Positions 1 through 7,006 of a stretch of 64,000 nt of DNA are shown in pieces. The stretch's first letter is position 1. Every line of letters begins with the position of its first letter. A program made the translations under genes and the position numbers. The notes beneath the pieces were generated by a model, which saw nothing but the letters and a program-made list of their open reading frames with translations, searched no databases and was not told the DNA's origin. Source of the DNA: Rubripirellula sp. (GTDB lineage: Bacteria; Planctomycetota; Planctomycetia; Pirellulales; Pirellulaceae); the NCBI GenBank assembly GCA_045110715.1, contig JBGCGI010000078.1, positions 369 through 64,368 of the forward strand. Direction: 5' to 3'.

Positions 1-814
1 CGAGCAGCGACGTCGTTCGCTCCGAGTTCACGCCGGTTTGATGGGATGCCTCTTCACGAGCGGCCCCCAGCCACCGCATGACCAACTCTGGGGTGTAGGT
101 TCCTTTGGGTGCGACAATGCAAGCGACCTGACGGCCATCGTTCGGTTGCGAAAGCATGGCCTTGCCGCGAGTGACTCGATGTTGACCGAAAGCGATGATC
201 GCAATGGCGAACGTCACGTAGACAATCACCTCGGTCGACACAGGGACTCTGCGCTCGGAGGGTCTTGGAGTCGATAGCCACCACCAAGCTGTCGATGCTG
301 TCCAGCACATGAAGAAGGTGATGCCCCAAATTCCGGTGATCGAAGCCAACTGCATCAGCGTGAGATTTCCTGCCTGGGAGTAGGCGAGGGAGCCCCATGA
401 ACCGAACGCTCCCGTGGAAGCCGCGTACTCGATTGCAACCGTTGCGCAGGGAAAGACCAATGGCACTAGAAGGTGAGGCAGTCTTGCTCTCGAGGCTATC
501 TGTATCCAGTAGGGCACGTACCCCAGCACTCCGATGATCACCGCCATTGCATAGAATTCTGTCTCGGGAACAGGGATCACTCCCTTCTGCGTGATCACGA
601 AAAGGGGCACGACGAGAACGAAGAACAACAGGAAGCCGATCAGCCGCGGCATCCGATCAAGGAACAGCAGCATGGCAATGGGGCTCACCCAAACTGCCAG
701 CGGAATCGTGGTTGCGATGCTGCCGATGAAAACGGCTGTGAGATACAGCAGCCAAGCCTGGCGACTGACATGCCAGCGAGACTCGGAGGGCGTTGCTTCA
801 ATTGATGGATTCAC
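1..814 (-). CDS. Apolipoprotein N-acyltransferase-like / carbon-nitrogen hydrolase membrane protein, 5' part only (runs off the left edge)
   Basis: Not in the ORF track because it is truncated. I translated it by hand from GTG at 814. The frame stays open to the edge, with several hydrophobic helices and the motif GSWGSLAYSQAGNLTLMQLASITGIWGITF typical of Lnt-family N-terminal domains. It lies 55 bp downstream of the PadR gene on the same strand. Confidence 0.75.
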   Translation of the reverse strand, partial: MNPSIEATPSESRWHVSRQAWLLYLTAVFIGSIATTIPLAVWVSPIAMLLFLDRMPRLIGFLLFFVLVVPLFVITQKGVIPVPETEFYAMAVIIGVLGYVPYWIQIASRARLPHLLVPLVFPCATVAIEYAASTGAFGSWGSLAYSQAGNLTLMQLASITGIWGITFFMCWTASTAWWWLSTPRPSERRVPVSTEVIVYVTFAIAIIAFGQHRVTRGKAMLSQPNDGRQVACIVAPKGTYTPELVMRWLGAAREEASHQTGVNSERTTSLL

Positions 815-869
815 TTGGTCGGCTCGCGTTGGGAACGATAGGAAAGAAACCTCGGTGGCACTTTTCTGG

Positions 870-1421
870 TCAGTCGTAGTGCGCTTCCAGGCTAGCGAGC
901 GACTCCTTGGCCCATTTGATCCTCGCCTGCATGACGTGAATGCCAAGTCGAACGGTCATGCATGCGTGCAGTCGCTGATGCTCGTTGATGTCTTCGTCGG
1001 CTTGAAGTTCTTGTTCGATTGCTTTGAGTTGTGCGACGGCGTGTGTTTGTTTGATGAGCGCCTGAGCGATCTGGTGCTTGCTGATCTCCGGCGAAAGCTC
1101 GCTCCCAAAGAAGACCTTGAGCAGCAGTTCATTACGGACAGGTTGGGATGCGGCTGGTTCGGCGGCCCAAGCCGTAACCGCTTTACGGCCTTTCGCTGTG
1201 ATCGTGTAACTGGATTTGTTGCGATTCGACTCAGTGATTTCCTTCTTCTTGACCAGCCCTTCAGCGACGAGTTCCTTCAGCTTTGGATAGATCTGACCGT
1301 AGCTTTCACTCCAGAAGGAACTGAGCACTTCGCGACAGAACTTCGCGATTTCGTAGCCCGACTGGGGCCCTGAAAGCAGGATTCCTAAGATCGCGTACTT
1401 GGTGGTTCCTGATTTCGCCAT
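870..1421 (-). CDS. PadR family transcriptional regulator with AphA-like C-terminal helical domain
   Basis: AILGILLSGPQSGYEI...FWSESYGQIYPKLKELVAEGLV...YTITAKGR winged helix, followed by VRNELLLKVFF. Confidence 0.92.
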   Translation of the reverse strand: MAKSGTTKYAILGILLSGPQSGYEIAKFCREVLSSFWSESYGQIYPKLKELVAEGLVKKKEITESNRNKSSYTITAKGRKAVTAWAAEPAASQPVRNELLLKVFFGSELSPEISKHQIAQALIKQTHAVAQLKAIEQELQADEDINEHQRLHACMTVRLGIHVMQARIKWAKESLASLEAHYD

Positions 1422-1466
1422 GTTCGTTCTCCTTGTATCTAACAGATAGATCGTGTCGCGGCATAG

Positions 1467-1483
1467 TATATCTTGAAGATATA
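1467..1483. promoter_or_regulatory. Perfect inverted repeat TATATCTT-G-AAGATATA, candidate PadR operator
   Basis: AT-rich 8-1-8 palindrome 46 bp upstream of the padR ATG. PadR-family proteins usually autoregulate through such palindromes. Confidence 0.6.
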
Positions 1484-1761
1484 TATGTCAACTCGCATTT
1501 TCACAGGTCTCCTGCGTCCAGCGTCGCGGGGCTTGGCGTCTGCGCGATGTCTGCCAGCATTCTGTGGTTTGGCATGCGGTTCGCATTGGTAGTATCGAAC
1601 CACGGGAATTGAATCAGGCCTTTGCAGGATGTGCCATTTTGCTCGTGTTGCAATGCAAGCTTGCAGCAGTTTGCAACAACGTCGAGTCCGCTTTCTCCGT
1701 CAAAGCAGTCACGGCTTTCAAGGAATCTTGGTCTCTTCCTCTCCTAAGGAGTTCTTTGCAA

Positions 1762-2529
1762 ATGTTGTCGTCTCGCTCTCGCAATTGCCACTTCCTGATC
1801 GTTAGCGGTGCTCTCTTTTTGATGGGCTCCATGCTTGTTCCAGTCTCAGCGCATGCAGATCGTCCAACGGTTGGAGAATCAGCGACCGATCTATTTGACG
1901 GGATCGAACAGGGAAAAATCTCGGTCGAGTTCATCCCGCTGGGCGCGGATCGCGCCAATCTGCTGGTCAAGAACATGACCGGCAAACCACTCCATGTACG
2001 TTTGCCAGCTGCCTTCGCTGGAGTCCCGGTGCTTCCGCAGCTTGGTGGCGGTGGAGGAGGTGCAGGCGGATTCGGTGGTGCCGGTGGTGGTGGTGGCGGT
2101 GGGCAGTCTGTTGGCGGCGGCGGAGGAGGTGGCCTCGGCGGAGGAGGTGGTGGCGGAGGAGGCGGCATTTTTCGAGTTGCCCCTCAGCGGCTCATGAAGG
2201 TTAGCGTTCCAACGGTCTGTTTAGAGCACGGCAAGCCTGACCCCAAGCCAAAGATGAAATACAAGATCGTGCCGCTCGATCAAGTCACGTCCGATCCCAA
2301 GGTTCATTTGCTTTGCAACGCACTTGGTTCCGCTCGTGTTTCCCAATCGGTTGCCCAAGCGGCTGCTTGGAATCTCATGGACGGTTTGACTTGGGACGAG
2401 CTGGCGAGCAAGAGCCGCGTCGAGAGCAAGTACACCGGCAAAACCCCGTTTTTCAATTCAAGTGAGATTGCTGAGGCGGCGGCAGTTGTCCAGAAGCTGA
2501 GTGAAAAGCCAGACATTTATGTCTACTAA
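1762..2529 (+). CDS. Exported hypothetical protein with central poly-glycine tract
   Basis: Open frame 1564..2529. ATG 1762 follows AAGGA, there is a signal-peptide-like N-terminus ending ...VSAHA, and a Gly-rich run lies at 2044-2166. Confidence 0.75.
   Translation: MLSSRSRNCHFLIVSGALFLMGSMLVPVSAHADRPTVGESATDLFDGIEQGKISVEFIPLGADRANLLVKNMTGKPLHVRLPAAFAGVPVLPQLGGGGGGAGGFGGAGGGGGGGQSVGGGGGGGLGGGGGGGGGGIFRVAPQRLMKVSVPTVCLEHGKPDPKPKMKYKIVPLDQVTSDPKVHLLCNALGSARVSQSVAQAAAWNLMDGLTWDELASKSRVESKYTGKTPFFNSSEIAEAAAVVQKLSEKPDIYVY
2044..2166 (+). repeat. (GGN)n glycine-codon low-complexity tract
   Basis: Runs of GGT/GGC/GGA codons. The antisense Pro-rich ORF 1614..2168 is its shadow. Confidence 0.85.
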
Positions 2530-2696
2530 CGGACGATCGGCATCTTTTTAAAGGCGTGGTTGTCTCGTTGCGGTCGAGCGAGCAACACTCGTCGAGGTGT
2601 GATTCACGTTAGAATGTTGGTCGTCATGATTTGCACGGCGATCCATCACCGCCTTGTTTTCCCCACAATGTTCCTGAATTCGATTCGAGGCTTGGA

Positions 2697-3791
2697 ATGA
2701 TCTTTCGAAGAGAACTCATCGTTCTTCTCGCACTTGCCGCGTTCGCTCCGGCTGCGCACGCACAGAACGTCACCGGCTATGACGCGATGGCAGATCCGTT
2801 TCTGTTTTTGATACGGGAGCCCGCTGTACAAAGAGATCTTGGCCTCAGTGCGACACAGAAACAGCGCCTCATCGCGCTCAACGAGACGTTTGATGGAGCC
2901 CTCCTGAAGGCTCGCAACACGAATGGCAAGCCCGAAGAAGCACAAGCCAAGACACAGGAAGCATTCGCGAAGTCGCGTGAAGCTGTCAGTAAAATATTCT
3001 CGGACAAACAGCAGTCGCGTTTGCAACAGATTGCCTACCGCATCAAAGGTATCGCATGTGTTCTTGAGCCGGGCGCGGTCGAAACCCTGGACTTGTCCAC
3101 TCAGCAGCAAACACAGATTCAGGAAGTTATCTCCAGCACGCGTGAGCAGATCAGTAAAGTTTCGACCAGGGAGTATCCTGGCGAGAAGGCGATGAAGGAG
3201 TCGCAGAAAACGATTGCAACGGCACGTCGCAAAGAACAGGAAGACATTGTCGCGTTGTTGAATGCGACACAGAAACGGAAGCTACCCGCGCTTGTTGGAA
3301 AGAACTTCGACCAAGAATCTCTCGGGCAGGTTGCCTTCAAGGCACCTGAACTGGTCGACAGTGGATTGTGGATCAACACCGATGGGCTGCATCTGGCTGA
3401 TTTGCGAGGGAAGGTAGTCGCGCTACATTTCTTTGCCTTTGGCTGAATCAATTGCGTACGCAATTACCCTTGGTACAAGGGTTGGGAAAAAGAGTTTCGT
3501 AGTCAAGATTTCACATTGCTGGGAGTTCACTCGCCAGAAACGGAAGCCGAACGAGATCCAGACAACGTTCGTAAGGCAGTCCAGAAGGAAGGTTTTCAGT
3601 CTCCGGTCATCATCGACAAACAGAGGAAGACTTGGTTTCAGTGGGGGAACAACATGTGGCCCGCTGTCTATTTGATCGACAAGCAAGGACGGATTCGATA
3701 CTGGTGGTTCGGAGAATTGAACTGGAAAGAGGCCGGTGGACAAAAACTGATGGAGCGAAGAATCAAAGAACTGATCGCTGAAAACGAATGA
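2697..3791 (+). CDS. Probable selenoprotein: exported redoxin (TlpA/DipZ-like thioredoxin fold) with UxxC motif and N-terminal helical repeat domain
   Basis: Track ORFs 2631..3446 and 3516..3791 are in the same frame, separated only by TGA 3444-3446. Read-through gives APEL..SGLWINT..LHLADLRGKVVALHFFAFG-U-INCVRNYPWYKGW...LLGVHSPE...WGNNMWPAVYLIDKQGRIRYWWFGE, a complete redoxin domain. ATG 2697 starts a signal peptide ending AHA-Q. Confidence 0.85.
3466..3482 (+). promoter_or_regulatory. Candidate bacterial SECIS hairpin
   Basis: ACCCTTG-GTA-CAAGGGT is a 7-bp stem whose loop begins with G, and the loop starts 26 nt after the in-frame TGA. This agrees with the described bacterial SECIS geometry. 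Confidence 0.6.
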
Positions 3792-5767
3792 CATTCTCGA
3801 CTTACTTCCACCGAGCGATCTCGCGCAGCAACCTACCGTCATGGATGCTAGACGCCGTCAGATTCTGTCTTGCTTTGGTTTCAGTACTCGTGGTCAATGA
3901 AAAGGCCTTCGCTGAGTCACTCGGCCCACCAAACATCGTCTGGATCACGGCGGAGGACATGAGTCCAACGCTGGGGTGTTACGGGGATGCCTTTGCGATC
4001 TCTCCGTACATCGACCGATTGGCCAGCGAGGGCGTGCTTTTTACTCACGCCTTTGCAACTGCGCCGGTCTGCTCGCCTTCTCGGTCTTGTCTGATCAATG
4101 GCTTGTACGCCCAGACCCAAGGCACGCATCACATGCGATCTGCTTTTCCAATTCCAGAGCAGATGATTGGGTTCCCGAGTTTTCTGCGCAGCGCAGGCTA
4201 CTTTACCTCCAATAATGTCAAAACGGATTACAACAGCGCGAACGGTCAAGCAATCGTCGCCGCGTCGTGGGATCAGAGCAGTGAGCAAGCGCATTGGCGT
4301 AGCCGCAAGAATGATCAGGCGTTCTTTAGTGTCTTTAACCTGATGACGTCCCATCAAAGTCGGACGATGGTGTGGCCGCACGATAAGTTTGTCACCGAGG
4401 TCCAAAGCAACCTGAGCGAATCGGAGCTTCACGATCCGGCAAACGTTCCGCTGCCTCCCTACTATCCAGATACGCCGATCGTGCGAAAGACAGTTGCAAG
4501 ATATTACGACTGTGTAACAGCGATGGACAAGCAAGTCGGCGCTATCCTGCAGCAGCTTGAAGACGATGGCCTCGCCGAGGACACGATCGTGTTCTTTTAC
4601 TCGGATCATGGTTCTGGAATGCCTCGCCACAAGCGGGTTTTACTGGACTCAGGAATGAGGGTGCCGTTGATCGTTCGCTTTCCAGCGAAGTATCGGCACC
4701 TTGCGCCGAGCGAACCAGGAACCAAGACCGACCAACTCGTCAGTTTCGTTGACTTTGGTCCAACCACGCTCAGGCTGGGCGGAGTTTTGATGCCAGACTA
4801 CATGGTCGGGAAGCCGTTCTTGGGCAACGCGGGAGATGCGGGGCGAGACTTTGTCTACGGTCACCGCGATCGCGTCGATGAGGTTCACGATCTTGCCCGC
4901 AGCGTGAGAGACAAACGTTATCTGTACATCCGAAATTTCATGCCTCACCTGGGCTACAACCAACCGACAGCTTGGCCGGACTTGGGTGAGATCCGTCATG
5001 AGATCTATCGCCTAACCGACAAAACGAACATGACAGCGCCGCAGTGGCACTTCGCTGGTCCAACCCGTGAACTGGAAGAACTGTTTGACTGTCAAAGCGA
5101 TCCGATGAATCTACACAACCTTGCCAGTTCGCAAGAACACGAGGTGGTGTTACACAAAATGCGGGCAGAGTTGGGACGGCACCTGACCGAGAGTCGAGAT
5201 CTTGGCTTTGTTCCCGAAGCGATGGCTTGGGAAATTTCGCAAGGGACCACTCCGTATGAAATGGCGCAAGACGCTGGGGCATACGATCAAGAAAGATTGA
5301 TCAAAGCCGCCTCCGAAGTGGGGCAAAGTGAAGAAGATCGATTTCTTGATAACTTGACGCATTCGGATGCCGGTGTGCGGTTTTGGGGAGCCGTTGGACT
5401 GACGGCTTCATCTTCGCTGTCCCCGAAAGCGACCGAAGCGCTCCGCGCCGCTCTTTCCGACACCGCTGTGGACGTGCGGGTTGAAGCTGCTGGGGCTCTT
5501 GCCCGGCACGGCTACACGGATCGAGCGATTCCTGTTTTGGCGGAAGCCTTGTCGAACAAGAATCTTGCCGCCATCCAACACGCTGCACGCACGCTTGAGT
5601 TGCTTGGTGAGAAGGCCAAGCCGGCGTTGTCAGCGGTGCGAGATTGTCACGAGCGGATGTTGTTGATCCGTCCACCGGGAACATCGCCGATCGTCGTCGA
5701 ACCAGAAAAAGACAAAGCCATGTGGGTTTTGTTTTCGACCGAAGCGATTCTGAAACGATTTCCGTAG
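3788..5767 (+). CDS. Sulfatase (Cys-type) with C-terminal HEAT-like repeats
   Basis: PNIVWITAEDM, CSPSRS formylglycine motif, SDHG. C-terminal DAGVRFWGAVGL / VDVRVEAAGAL HEAT-like helices. ATGA overlap with the upstream gene. Confidence 0.93.
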   Translation: MTFSTYFHRAISRSNLPSWMLDAVRFCLALVSVLVVNEKAFAESLGPPNIVWITAEDMSPTLGCYGDAFAISPYIDRLASEGVLFTHAFATAPVCSPSRSCLINGLYAQTQGTHHMRSAFPIPEQMIGFPSFLRSAGYFTSNNVKTDYNSANGQAIVAASWDQSSEQAHWRSRKNDQAFFSVFNLMTSHQSRTMVWPHDKFVTEVQSNLSESELHDPANVPLPPYYPDTPIVRKTVARYYDCVTAMDKQVGAILQQLEDDGLAEDTIVFFYSDHGSGMPRHKRVLLDSGMRVPLIVRFPAKYRHLAPSEPGTKTDQLVSFVDFGPTTLRLGGVLMPDYMVGKPFLGNAGDAGRDFVYGHRDRVDEVHDLARSVRDKRYLYIRNFMPHLGYNQPTAWPDLGEIRHEIYRLTDKTNMTAPQWHFAGPTRELEELFDCQSDPMNLHNLASSQEHEVVLHKMRAELGRHLTESRDLGFVPEAMAWEISQGTTPYEMAQDAGAYDQERLIKAASEVGQSEEDRFLDNLTHSDAGVRFWGAVGLTASSSLSPKATEALRAALSDTAVDVRVEAAGALARHGYTDRAIPVLAEALSNKNLAAIQHAARTLELLGEKAKPALSAVRDCHERMLLIRPPGTSPIVVEPEKDKAMWVLFSTEAILKRFP

Positions 5768-5922
5768 CTCAACGAACATTCCACATCACTCACACCGAAT
5801 TCGTTGGCGATCAGGGAATCGACTCCTGCGAATTGGAACCCAACGGCGTGATATACTCTCTCGGAATTTGCTGAAGGTTGACGTCTGAAAAGCAAGTCAA
5901 TCGCTAACCGAACGAGAGCACG

Positions 5923-7005
5923 ATGACAAAACGCTGGCGAGTTGCAGGAATCAATTTTTCTCATATGCACATGGGAGACCTGCTGAGAAATGTTGCAGAG
6001 CATCCGGATGCAGACATCGTGGGGATCTGTGACGAGCAGCCGGACGCGATGAACGCTGCCATCGAGGCGCTGAAGATCCCTGAGTCGGATGTGTTCACGG
6101 ACTACGGCACGTGCATGGAGACGACGAAACCAGACCTTGTCATTCTTTGCCCGCCCACTGGTGAGCACGCTTTGTGGGTGGAACGTGTTGCGCCCTTCGG
6201 ATCCCATCTATTCGTCGAAAAACCGTTTGCGGCATCCCTGGCGGACGCAGATCGCATGATGGCGGCCGTTGAAAGAACGGGTAAACAAATGGTGATCAAT
6301 TGGCCGGCGCGATGGGATAGAAGTCACTACACGACTTGGCGTTTGATTGCCGACGGAGTGATTGGAGACGTGTTTGAGGTGCATCACTACGGTGGGAATC
6401 GTGGGCCGCTGTATCATGGGGCTGACAAAATTGAATTCGAGCCGACCGCCGAGGACAAGCGAAATAGCTGGTGGTATAGCCTTGAGGCCGGAGGTGGATC
6501 GCTGCGAGACTATCTTGGTTATGGCGTGACGCTGGGGACATGGTTCAATGGTGGGCAAGTGCCGACCGAAGTCACGTCGATCACCACAGGGACGCCCGGA
6601 TTAGAAGTCGACGAGCACAGTGTCACTGTCGCACGCTACGAAGGTGGTCTTTCCAAATTTGAAACGCGATGGGGCACATTCACGGATCCTTGGGTGCATC
6701 AACCGCAGCCAAAGTGCGGCTATGTCGTGCGAGGAACCGGAGGCACGATTGCCAGCTACGACTACGAATCAACCGTTCGCGTACAGACGAAAGAACGCCC
6801 CGAGGGTTTTGCCCAAGCCGTGGACGACTTACCGATCGGTGAACGCAATGGGATTGAGTACACGTTGAGCCGTCTTCGCGACGACTTGCCAATCGAGGGG
6901 CCGTTGTCACCAGCGATTGCGAGGATTGGCCAGCAGATCATTGATGCCGCGATTCGTAGTTCGGAGCAAAAGAAAACCGTTTCGTTAGAAACTGCAATCG
7001 TCTGA
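5923..7005 (+). CDS. Gfo/Idh/MocA family oxidoreductase
   Basis: N-terminal Rossmann fold, HLFVEKPFA motif, GGGSLRDYLGYG. Confidence 0.92.
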   Translation: MTKRWRVAGINFSHMHMGDLLRNVAEHPDADIVGICDEQPDAMNAAIEALKIPESDVFTDYGTCMETTKPDLVILCPPTGEHALWVERVAPFGSHLFVEKPFAASLADADRMMAAVERTGKQMVINWPARWDRSHYTTWRLIADGVIGDVFEVHHYGGNRGPLYHGADKIEFEPTAEDKRNSWWYSLEAGGGSLRDYLGYGVTLGTWFNGGQVPTEVTSITTGTPGLEVDEHSVTVARYEGGLSKFETRWGTFTDPWVHQPQPKCGYVVRGTGGTIASYDYESTVRVQTKERPEGFAQAVDDLPIGERNGIEYTLSRLRDDLPIEGPLSPAIARIGQQIIDAAIRSSEQKKTVSLETAIV

Positions 7006-7006
7006 C

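Noticed and set aside
38-1373. Track ORFs 38..277, 54..398, 473..805 and 591..1373
   Set aside because: They are shadow or off-frame ORFs of the Lnt-like and PadR genes.
1614-2168. Proline-rich ORF on the minus strand
   Set aside because: It is the antisense shadow of the poly-Gly codons of the plus-strand gene.
2631-3791. Two separate genes, or a nonsense pseudogene, at the TGA 3444-3446
   Set aside because: The stop falls exactly on the catalytic Cys position, both halves are intact and in frame, and a SECIS-like hairpin follows. Selenocysteine is the more parsimonious reading, though not proven.
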